Source of the DNA: an uncultured Clostridia bacterium | GTDB taxonomy: Bacteria > Bacillota > Clostridia > Christensenellales > CAG-917 | Assembly: GCA_934277615.1 (NCBI GenBank) | Contig: CAKQUV010000001.1 | Coordinates: 206,380-270,379 of the forward strand | Length of the DNA: 64,000 nucleotides | Direction: 5' to 3' | Part shown: piece by piece, positions 21,226 through 28,300 of the stretch | Layout of the letters: every line of letters begins with the position of its first letter | Position numbering within the stretch: the first letter of the stretch is position 1 | Notes under the pieces: generated by a model | What the model saw: the letters and a program-made list of their open reading frames with translations, nothing else | Databases searched by the model: none | What the model was told of the DNA's origin: nothing | Position numbers and translations under genes: made by a program

Positions 21226-21415
21226 TGGCGCCTCGGCGTAGTACACCGCACCGCATTTTTCAAATGCGATTCGGGACTCGGACTCCCGAAAAATAGCGGT
21301 GTGTGTAAATGTATTTACATCAACACAACGCGTCCAATTCGGAAGAAGTGTCGTGGCACATAGTGCCGCCGCACAATAGTGCGGCAGGGGTACGATTTCC
21401 ACAACAGGCGAAAAA
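21226..21415 (-). other. hairpin-dense ~190-nt element ending in a tRNA-like ...GAGGCGCCA, with a copy of the tRNA-Asn T-arm
   Basis: Minus-strand read gcctgttgtgg...cgggagtccgagtcccg...gaggcgcca. At least 5 local hairpins (ccgcac/gtgcgg, ggcac/gtgcc, tgtaaat/atttaca, ttcggga/tcccgaa, cgcattt/aaatgcg). The first 7 nt equal the tRNA-Asn 5' end. Confidence 0.3.
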
Positions 21416-21417
21416 AT

Positions 21418-21503
21418 AAAGGAGCGCAATGCGTTCCTTTTGGCGCTTCGACGTGGTACGCCTCAACATAATAAAAGGAACGCGATGCGTTCCTTTTGGC
21501 GCC
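21418..21503 (-). repeat. direct duplication of the tRNA 3' end plus terminator hairpin
   Basis: Minus strand: GCGCCA+aaaggaacgcatcgcgttccttt (21474-21503) is repeated as GCGCCA+aaaggaacgcattgcgctccttt (21418-21446). Confidence 0.6.
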
Positions 21504-21572
21504 TGTTGAGGGACTCGGACCCCCGACACTTCGGTTAACAGCCGAATGCTCTACCGACTGAGCTAAACAGGC
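21497..21572 (-). tRNA. tRNA-Asn (anticodon GTT), CCA encoded
   Basis: Hand-folded cloverleaf: acceptor gcctgtt/aacaggc, D arm gctc-agtcggta-gagc, anticodon arm ttcgg-ctGTTaa-ccgaa, variable loop gtgtc, T arm ggggg-tccgagt-ccctc, discriminator G, CCA. The T-loop has C at position 55, which is non-canonical. Confidence 0.85.
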
Positions 21573-21594
21573 ATTTGTTTCTTAATGCTTGTTT

Positions 21595-21623
21595 ATAATA
21601 ATCTTTATAACGCTGTTTGTCAA
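21595..21623 (-). promoter_or_regulatory. sigma-A-type promoter for tRNA-Asn
   Basis: Minus strand: TTGACA (21623-21618), 17-nt spacer, TATTAT (21600-21595), about 22 nt upstream of the tRNA 5' end. Confidence 0.55.
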
Positions 21624-21818
21624 GAATTTTTAGCAAACTGTCTTTGAAAAAGTTAACGTTTTCTAAACATTGCTATAGTTTTCATTATATATATTAAGGC
21701 ACTATATTATTTAACGCCGTTTTCTGTCTTATTATATCGCAAGGCGTTTTTATACGTTTAATACTTATTTAACATTTGTATGTTTTTATATTTAAAACTC
21801 TTGATAAGGAGGGATACT

Positions 21819-22493
21819 ATGGAAAAAGAAAAGGATATTAAATATGTTCCCAATATCGAAACGCGGCATAGGCACAACATTTTGAAAATGCCGGATTGTA
21901 TCAGGAAGGCAAGCGGAATCGTTATATACGGAAGGCGCATAAAGAGCATTGTATTCACAACAGATCTTGCGATTATCCGCAATTGCGACGCAGACGCTGT
22001 ATTTGCGGTGTACCCTTTCACTCCACAACAAGTGATAAGCGACGCAATTATAAAAGCGTCATATATTCCCGTATTTTGCGGCGTTGGCGGAGGAACAACA
22101 AAGGGCTTGCGCACAGTGGCAATCGCAAAAGACGTGGAGTCGCAAGGCGCTATGGGAGTTGTGTTGAACGCCCCTATTTCAGATCTTAACCTTGCTGCGG
22201 TTGCATTGGGTGTGGATATTCCTGTTATCATAACCGTTGCAAAAGAGGACACGGATATACAAGCAAGACTTGACGCAGGCGCGACGATTATAAACGTTGC
22301 GTGCGGCACGGACACGCCTCGCATTGTGAAGAAAATCCGAGACGATTTTCCTAATATCCCGATAATCGCATCGGGCGGAAAAACAGAAGAAAGCATACTC
22401 CAAACAATAGAGGCAGGAGCAAACGCAATCACATATACGCCGCCCTCTACACAAGAACTTTTTAAAGAAATGATGAGCAAGTATAGAGAATAA
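21819..22493 (+). CDS. uncharacterised alpha/beta (TIM-barrel-like) protein
   Basis: Start at ATG 21819 with AAGGAGGG RBS (the ORF track begins at 21780). 224 aa with alternating beta-alpha pattern and Gly-rich phosphate-binding-like loops (FCGVGGGTTKG, IIASGGKTEE). Function not recognised. Confidence 0.6.
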   Translation: MEKEKDIKYVPNIETRHRHNILKMPDCIRKASGIVIYGRRIKSIVFTTDLAIIRNCDADAVFAVYPFTPQQVISDAIIKASYIPVFCGVGGGTTKGLRTVAIAKDVESQGAMGVVLNAPISDLNLAAVALGVDIPVIITVAKEDTDIQARLDAGATIINVACGTDTPRIVKKIRDDFPNIPIIASGGKTEESILQTIEAGANAITYTPPSTQELFKEMMSKYRE

Positions 22494-22641
22494 ATTAGAT
22501 ATGGATTTTATCAAAAACACGTGTTTATATATTCAAATATTCAATATAAACTGTGTTTTATGTTGAAAACACAAAACGTTATAAGATAAAAACATAGGCG
22601 CAACGATTATAAAAATCTTGCGCTTTTATATTGTAAATGGA

Positions 22642-22669
22642 TTGTATTTTCTATATATAGTGTTATAAT
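22642..22669 (+). promoter_or_regulatory. extended -10 promoter placed for a leaderless or near-leaderless transcript
   Basis: TTGTAT (22642-22647), 16-nt spacer, TGT-TATAAT (22661-22669). ATG 22679 lies 9 nt after the -10 and there is no SD. Confidence 0.45.
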
Positions 22670-22678
22670 ATTATAAGT

Positions 22679-23695
22679 ATGGGCGAAGTAATTTTAGATG
22701 CGTTTCTAGATAGTTTGAAGATACTTGCGGTGGTGGTTGTTTTCCAATTTATCATCGCTTTTATCGAGCCGAAACTGTCCGACAAAATAAAACTCAAAGG
22801 CAATCTTGCGCCGCTTATCGGCGTGAGTATTTCGCTATTGCCTCAATGCGGATTCAGTATAGTCGCAACGGATTTATATCAAAAACGTCATCTTACGCTC
22901 GGCACGCTTATTGGCGTATATCTCGCGACTAGCGACGAGGCTTTGCCTATCTTTTTGGGCACGCCTGACAAGGCGTTGCATGTGTTGCCTATAATCGCAC
23001 TAAAATTTGCATTGGGCTTACTCTTCGGATATCTTATCGACCTTGTTATGACCAAAAGTCGCAAGAAAGTGGAACACCACGTCAAGCATTGCGACGAGCA
23101 ATACAAGATAAGACTTACCGACTGCACAAGTGCGGAAGTCGTGCAAAAGAAAGAAGATGACCATTGTGAAAAGTGTGATTGTGAAGATTGCAAGGAATGT
23201 GAACGTTTTGAAGAAGAAAGCATAAAAGAGGAAGAAAACAAAGCCTCTGAAGAAAAAAAGCAAAAGACGGAAAAAGAGCAAAAACTCGACAGATTTTTAT
23301 TCCACCCTCTAAAGCACTCGCTTGAAATATTCGGATACGTATTTGTCGTAAACGTGATTCTTAGCGTGATCATGTATAGAGTCGGGCAAGACAAACTTGT
23401 TGAGTTTTTGACCGCCAACAAATATCTTGCTCCTCTGCTTGCGGTAGTTGTGGGCGCGATTCCAAACTGCGTTTCGTCCGTCGTACTTAGCGAACTTTAC
23501 ATTATGGGCGGACTTGGGTTCGGCGCGACGCTCGGCGGTCTTTGTATGAATGCAGGACTCGGATTTGTGTATCTCTTCAAAGACGTGAAACACACAAAGC
23601 GCAATCTGGCAATCTTTGCGCTGATGTTTGCGATAAGCCTGGTTGTCGCATACGTGTTCTCGGCGATATTCTCGTTTGATACACTCAAATTTTGA
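22679..23695 (+). CDS. ArsP_2-like putative metal/metalloid permease with a Cys/His/Glu-rich cytoplasmic loop
   Basis: 338 aa. Two-fold repeat motifs LLPQCGFS...TSDEALPIF (N half) and IPNCVSSVVLSELY (C half). Central loop HHVKHCDEQ...DDHCEKCDCEDCKECERFEEES. Confidence 0.7.
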   Translation: MGEVILDAFLDSLKILAVVVVFQFIIAFIEPKLSDKIKLKGNLAPLIGVSISLLPQCGFSIVATDLYQKRHLTLGTLIGVYLATSDEALPIFLGTPDKALHVLPIIALKFALGLLFGYLIDLVMTKSRKKVEHHVKHCDEQYKIRLTDCTSAEVVQKKEDDHCEKCDCEDCKECERFEEESIKEEENKASEEKKQKTEKEQKLDRFLFHPLKHSLEIFGYVFVVNVILSVIMYRVGQDKLVEFLTANKYLAPLLAVVVGAIPNCVSSVVLSELYIMGGLGFGATLGGLCMNAGLGFVYLFKDVKHTKRNLAIFALMFAISLVVAYVFSAIFSFDTLKF

Positions 23696-23754
23696 TAATC
23701 GAAAACGAGGAAAAACAAGACAAAATAGCGCAAAATTAAGAGTTTATGTCGCTT

Positions 23755-23814
23755 TGTTGACAACTTGGAAAAGTTGTTGACAATATGTTGACGCAAATGC
23801 ACTTTTTGTCAACA
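23755..23814. promoter_or_regulatory. cluster of four TGTTGAC(A/G)(A/C) / TTGTCAACA 9-mers (variant DnaA-box or operator candidates)
   Basis: tgttgacaa 23755-23763, tgttgacaa 23775-23783, tgttgacgc 23786-23794, ttgtcaaca 23806-23814. A fifth copy is at 23899-23907. Each matches the DnaA box TTATCCACA at 7 of 9 positions. Confidence 0.4.
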
Positions 23815-23889
23815 TAACAACATGCTCTAAACGACAAGATATTGGGCTTGAATAAATGGTAAATAAGCATACTTTGTGGTGGTGGTTGT

Positions 23890-23907
23890 ATTTTCCACTT
23901 GTCAACA
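23890..23907. promoter_or_regulatory. 18-mer attttccacttgtcaaca (two overlapping DnaA-box-like 9-mers), repeated at 34744-34761
   Basis: 17/18 identity with attttccacttatcaaca at 34744-34761. Preceded by tgtggtggtggttgta and followed by a ~48-nt almost pure A/T tract up to the dnaN start. Confidence 0.45.
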
Positions 23908-23965
23908 TTGCTTATTTATGTTATCATTATTAAAAATAAAAGAATAAAAAATATATAGGCGAAAT

Positions 23966-25066
23966 ATGAAACTTATTTGTCAAGGAAACGAATTGAGCGA
24001 CGCTCTCGCAAAAGTTGTAAAGGCACTTCCCGTAAAACGTAATAATCCAATTCTCGACGGTGTAAAACTCACCGCTTTGGGTGATACGCTCACGATTTTT
24101 GCAACCGATCTCGAACTTGCAATTGAAAAGAAAATCAACGCGCAAGTGCTCATTGAAGGCGAAATCGTTGTACCCGGCAAACTTTTTGCGGATTACGCAA
24201 AGAAAATCGAGGAAGAACAAATCGAACTCGACGGCACCGATCCGACAAAACTCATCATCAAGTATCTTGATAGCGAATTGCAAATCAAGTGTATGAGTGC
24301 GGATGAATACCCTGTATTCAAAGAAGTCGATACGCAAAATTCTTTTATCATCCTCAAAAAAGAATTCAAAGACATTATTTCCAAGGTTATATTCAACGTT
24401 GCGGTTGACGAGGCAAGACCTTCCCTCCGCGGCGTGTGCCTCAACATCAAAGACGAAGAGGTTGAAGCTGTCGCATCCGACGGATATCGACTTGCTCTTG
24501 CAAGAGCGCAAATCAAAAACAACGGCATCGTTGACAAAATCGTCGTTCCTTCCAAGAGTATGAACGAGCTTGCTCGTCTTATCGACGAGGGTGAAGAAAC
24601 AATCACCGTCTATGTTGAGAAAAACTATATCATGGTTGACCTCTTCCACACTAAAATCGTTACAAGACTTATCGGTGAGGAATATATCAACTATGAAAAA
24701 ATTATCCCCAGCGTTTTCACCACTGAAGTTACAATCGACAAGAAGCTCTTTGAAAACGCAATCGATCGTGTATCCCTTATCAACCGCACCGAGAAGAAAT
24801 CTTACGTGAAGATGGAAATCAAAGAGGATACAATCTCCCTCAACGCACACAGCGATGACGGCGAAATCAACGAAAAAGTTACCATCGGTCTTAAAGGAAA
24901 AGATCTTACAATCGGTTTCAATTCCAAATACATCATTGACAGCATGCATGCAATCGACGAGCCGTTTGTAACTCTCAACTTCACAACCTCTACGGCACCG
25001 GGAATTATTAAGGGCGAGAGCGACCGTTGGCTGTATCTCATCCTTCCTCTCCGTGTCATCGGTTAA
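23966..25066 (+). CDS. dnaN: DNA polymerase III beta sliding clamp
   Basis: 366 aa of typical three-domain clamp length. MKLICQGNELSDALAKVVKALP..., RPSLRGVCLNI, C-terminal ...LILPLRVIG. Confidence 0.95.
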   Translation: MKLICQGNELSDALAKVVKALPVKRNNPILDGVKLTALGDTLTIFATDLELAIEKKINAQVLIEGEIVVPGKLFADYAKKIEEEQIELDGTDPTKLIIKYLDSELQIKCMSADEYPVFKEVDTQNSFIILKKEFKDIISKVIFNVAVDEARPSLRGVCLNIKDEEVEAVASDGYRLALARAQIKNNGIVDKIVVPSKSMNELARLIDEGEETITVYVEKNYIMVDLFHTKIVTRLIGEEYINYEKIIPSVFTTEVTIDKKLFENAIDRVSLINRTEKKSYVKMEIKEDTISLNAHSDDGEINEKVTIGLKGKDLTIGFNSKYIIDSMHAIDEPFVTLNFTTSTAPGIIKGESDRWLYLILPLRVIG

Positions 25067-25074
25067 AAAACGCG

Positions 25075-25225
25075 CTAAATAGCGACTAACTTTGTCAGTG
25101 CCCCGAGCCCGCCAACTCATTTACGATTAGTAAATTAGGGTTGTCGTTCTCGGGGCACTTTCGCGTTACTCATCTGTTTGGTGAGCTTTTATATATTTTT
25201 TATTATAATTCATCTATTTATCGCG
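25075..25225 (+). repeat. family-A palindromic intergenic element, copy A1
   Basis: ctaaatagcgactaactttgtcag + stem gtgccccgag (25098-25107) + conserved core caactcatttacgattagtaaattagggttg (25113-25143) + stem ctcggggcac (25149-25158) + tttcgcg...ttcatctatttatcgcg. Starts 9 nt after the dnaN stop. Confidence 0.75.
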
Positions 25226-25263
25226 TTTTTATAAGCTTTATTTTTATATGGAATATTCCTTAT

Positions 25264-25464
25264 GTCATTTCGAGCGTTAGCGTGGCAATCAAGGCGTAAG
25301 CCGCACACATAAAGCAAACGATATAGCGAAATTGTGGTAAGAGCTTTATCCTTGTTTGAACTGATAGCGTGTATCGGTTGCGCGGTAGAAGTTGCGAAAA
25401 CAAATACAATAAAGGGACTGCTATTATTATTGCAGTCCCTTTGTAATTATGCCGTTTGAGCAAC
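25264..25464 (+). repeat. family-B element, copy B1 (conserved core plus variable long hairpin)
   Basis: Core gtcatttcgagcgttagcgtggcaatcaaggcgtaagccgcacaca...cgatatagcgaaattgtgg...ctgatagcgtgtatcggttgcgcggtag (25264-25388). Then the nested hairpin gttgc...aaagggactgc-tattattat-tgcagtcccttt...gcaac. Confidence 0.75.
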
Positions 25465-25495
25465 GTGACATGTGTTTAGCATTCGGCGCAATTAC

Positions 25496-26869
25496 TTATC
25501 TATTAAGTATCATATTCTTAATATCCGCAACGGTGATTTTGATGCGCGGATTGGTCTTGATTTCGTCGCTGATTTTATCTCTTGCGTGGATAACCGTCGT
25601 GTGATCTCTGCCGCCAAACATCTCGCCTATCTGCACAAGCGGCATCGGTAAAAGCTCGGTGATAAGGTATATAGCGATCATACGAGGCTCGACGATGTTT
25701 TTGGTTTTCTTTTTTGAAATGATATCCGTTGTGGAAATCTTGAAGTATTTACACACGGCGTCGATAATTCCGCTTGCGTCGGTTGTTTCGCCTTGTTTTT
25801 CTTTGAGGAATCCCGAAAACGCCTCGCTTGCAATCTCTCTTGTTTGAATGGGATTGTTTGTGAGCGAGCTATAGAAGATAATGCGGTTGAGCAAACCTTC
25901 CATTTCTCTGATATTTGACGGAGCAAGCTCTGCAATATACTCTGCCACTTCATCAGAGAGCATAAATTTGGACTGTACTGCTTTGGTTTTGAGGATAGCC
26001 ACCCTTGTTTCGAGGTCCGGCACTTGAATATCCACAATAAGACCGCATCCAAAACGTGTGCGAAGCCTGTCCGACAGCGTTGTTAGGTCTTTTGGCGAAC
26101 GATCGGACGTGAGAATAATTTGTTTATTGTCTTGATACAGGTCGTTGAAGATGTGGAAAAATGCCTCCTGCGTTGCCTCTTTGCCGATAAGGAATTGCAC
26201 GTCATCGACCATAAGCACGTCGCAAGAGCGGTATTTTTCTCTGAAACGGTTATTCTCGTCGTTAGACTTGTTGCGAATGACGCTGATAAGCTCTGTAACA
26301 AGCGTTTCCGCACTCACGTAAAGCACGTTTGCGGACTTCCTGTTTTTGAAAAGATAATTGCCTATTGCATGCAAAAGGTGAGTCTTACCAAGACCTACAC
26401 CCGAGTAGATAAAGAGCGGATTGTAACTTCCGCCGGGGTTTTGAGCAATAGTCTTGCAAGCTGCCAAAGCGTACTCGTTGGATTTGCCCACGACAAAGTT
26501 TTCAAAAGTGTATTTTTCAAGGAACGGGCATTTTTTCTTGCCTTTTTCTTCAGGGGTGAAGTTGGTAACAAAACCCTCGTCCTCTATAAACACGGTTTGT
26601 TTGTTGAGATATTCGTCTTTTTTGTCGGGAGTAATAATAATTACGTCGGTGATTGCGGAATTGAGCGAGTTTACCACTTCTTTTATGGTGTCGCGGTATC
26701 TCGTATCGATTGTGCGTTTTGCGTTTGCGGAAATAGTCGACAATACGATTGCGTTGTCAACAAAGCAAACAGGCTCCAATTTTTCTATCCACACTTCATA
26801 ACTTATCGCTTGTATGGATATGGACAATTCATCCTTTGCGTTTTCCCAAAATTCTTCAATGTTAATCAT
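25496..26869 (-). CDS. dnaA: chromosomal replication initiator DnaA
   Basis: 457 aa. AAA+ Walker A GVGLGKTHLLHAIGN, Walker B LMVDDVQFL, domain IV GGRDHTTVIHARDKI. It lies on the opposite strand to both dnaN and recF. Confidence 0.97.
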   Translation of the reverse strand: MINIEEFWENAKDELSISIQAISYEVWIEKLEPVCFVDNAIVLSTISANAKRTIDTRYRDTIKEVVNSLNSAITDVIIITPDKKDEYLNKQTVFIEDEGFVTNFTPEEKGKKKCPFLEKYTFENFVVGKSNEYALAACKTIAQNPGGSYNPLFIYSGVGLGKTHLLHAIGNYLFKNRKSANVLYVSAETLVTELISVIRNKSNDENNRFREKYRSCDVLMVDDVQFLIGKEATQEAFFHIFNDLYQDNKQIILTSDRSPKDLTTLSDRLRTRFGCGLIVDIQVPDLETRVAILKTKAVQSKFMLSDEVAEYIAELAPSNIREMEGLLNRIIFYSSLTNNPIQTREIASEAFSGFLKEKQGETTDASGIIDAVCKYFKISTTDIISKKKTKNIVEPRMIAIYLITELLPMPLVQIGEMFGGRDHTTVIHARDKISDEIKTNPRIKITVADIKNMILNR

Positions 26870-26876
26870 ATTTTTG

Positions 26877-26904
26877 ATTATATCAAAACGACGGATTTTT
26901 TCAA
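26877..26904 (-). promoter_or_regulatory. candidate dnaA promoter placed for a leaderless mRNA
   Basis: Minus strand: TTGAAA (26904-26899), 16-nt spacer, TATAAT (26882-26877), then caaaaat and ATG (26869). No SD. Confidence 0.45.
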
Positions 26905-26939
26905 GCGAAAATCAAAAAAGAAAACTTAAACACAAGATG

Positions 26940-26968
26940 TTGAAAAAAAACGCTCTCTACGCTATACT
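26940..26968 (+). promoter_or_regulatory. candidate recF promoter placed for a leaderless mRNA
   Basis: TTGAAA (26940-26945), 17-nt spacer, TATACT (26963-26968), then tgtagtgt and ATG 26977. No SD. Confidence 0.45.
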
Positions 26969-26976
26969 TGTAGTGT

Positions 26977-28077
26977 ATGAAAATCCTTTCGCTCGAACTT
27001 CAGAACTTCAGAAACTACCTCGAGGCCGCTGTAAACTTTGCAGACGGTCTTAACGTTTTGTACGGGCAGAATGCGAGCGGAAAGACCAATATGCTGGAAT
27101 CTATATATCTTTGCTCCATTTTCCACTCCCCTCGCACTACAAAGGACAAGGAAATGATTTTGCTTGGCAAAGACAAAGCAAGGGTGAAAATCGCGCTCGA
27201 AAGGAAATTTAGAAAACACACTATAGTCCTTCAAATAGACGCTCAAGGCAAGAAAAAAGTTGCCGTGGACGGTATCCCTGTCAATCGCGCAGGTGAACTT
27301 TTGGGAGTGCTCGGCGTGGTGTTTTTCTCCCCCGATGAAATGAAACTCGTCAAAGAGGCGCCTCAAGAAAGACGCAGATTTTTGGACGTGGGCATATCCC
27401 AACAACAAAAGGCGTATTTTATCGCGCTTCAACGCTACAACAAAACGCTCAAGCAAAAGAACAATCTTCTCAAAGAATACAAGTATCAAAACATAGACGA
27501 TATGCTTGACGTTTGGGATGCGTCGCTTGCAAAAGAAGGCGCGATTATCGTGCAAAAACGAAAGGAATATATAGCCACGTTGAGCGACGCCGCGCGCAAA
27601 TTTCACTTTGCGTTAAGCGGCGAAAAGGAAACTCTTGCCCTCTCGTACGAAAGCGGCGTAAAAACGGATTGTGAGGACAGTCAGCTTGAAAGCAATTTAT
27701 ATTCCTCAATTGTCGCATCAAGGCAAAAAGACAAAGAACTCGGTTTTTGCACTGTCGGACCTCATCGCGACGATATCAAAATCGAAATCAACGGCAAAGA
27801 CAGCCGCAAGTTTGCATCGCAAGGTCAGCAGCGCACCATTGCGCTTGCAATGAAACTCGGTGAAGTGATTATCTACAAAAACGAAATCGGAGAGCCGCCC
27901 GTTTTGCTCCTCGACGACGTGCTTTCCGAACTTGATGAAAACAGACAAACCACCCTACTCAAAATGACGGAAGGTTTCCAAACAATTCTCACCTGCACGG
28001 AATATACTCTTCCGAATAAAGCCAACAAGATAAACATAAAAGACGGCTCGGTTGTAGGTGGAAAAATTAATAGTTAA
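26977..28077 (+). CDS. recF: DNA replication/repair protein RecF
   Basis: 366 aa. MKILSLELQNFRNY, Walker A GQNASGKTNMLESI, signature SQGQQRT, Walker B VLLLDDVLSELD. Confidence 0.95.
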   Translation: MKILSLELQNFRNYLEAAVNFADGLNVLYGQNASGKTNMLESIYLCSIFHSPRTTKDKEMILLGKDKARVKIALERKFRKHTIVLQIDAQGKKKVAVDGIPVNRAGELLGVLGVVFFSPDEMKLVKEAPQERRRFLDVGISQQQKAYFIALQRYNKTLKQKNNLLKEYKYQNIDDMLDVWDASLAKEGAIIVQKRKEYIATLSDAARKFHFALSGEKETLALSYESGVKTDCEDSQLESNLYSSIVASRQKDKELGFCTVGPHRDDIKIEINGKDSRKFASQGQQRTIALAMKLGEVIIYKNEIGEPPVLLLDDVLSELDENRQTTLLKMTEGFQTILTCTEYTLPNKANKINIKDGSVVGGKINS

Positions 28078-28151
28078 TAATTAATAATTTCTGGTGGGCA
28101 AAGCCTTGATGAAAAAATAAGTAAATTACACAAAACATTATTTAAATAATA

Positions 28152-28186
28152 CAAAACACGCATATAAAGTGCGTGTTTTGTATTTT
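28152..28186 (+). terminator. intrinsic terminator after recF
   Basis: aaaacacgc...gcgtgtttt hairpin followed by tgtatttta. Confidence 0.6.
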
Positions 28187-28221
28187 ATAAACAATATATA
28201 TGATTAATTCAGAATTAATAC

Positions 28222-28300
28222 GTTGCGCTATATCGGATTTATATATCACTAATTCTGTTATATTGCGCTACGCTAGATTCCAACGTTTGAATTTGTGGTG
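28222..28300 (-). repeat. degenerate family-B-like fragment
   Basis: gcgctatatcg and cgctagattccaacgtttgaat resemble the reverse complement of the B core (cgatatagcg; gggaatctaggcg / attcc..ggaat hairpin). The spacing differs, so the match is weak. Confidence 0.3.

Noticed and set aside
21226-21415. The structured RNA next to tRNA-Asn as tmRNA, SRP RNA or 6S RNA.
   Set aside because: It has no tag-peptide reading frame ending in ..A-A-stop, no GGUCCGGAAGGAAGCAGC SRP domain IV motif, and no long 5'/3' closing helix with a central bubble. It is also far shorter than tmRNA. It is kept only as an unclassified tRNA-derived element.
22513-22524. The palindrome AAACACGTGTTT upstream of the permease gene as an additional parS.
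   Set aside because: The arms (ACACGTGT) do not match the parS core (TCACGTGA), and the outer TGTT/AACA arms are absent.
25260-25463. Minus-strand ORFs on B1 (67 aa) and B2 (42412..42600, 62 aa) share the peptide RIKL(L/I)PQFRYI(V/A)C..CAA, which hints at a small conserved protein.
   Set aside because: The third copy (B3) has a 1-nt length difference inside this stretch, which breaks the frame and introduces a stop. The conservation is therefore at the nucleotide or structure level, not coding.
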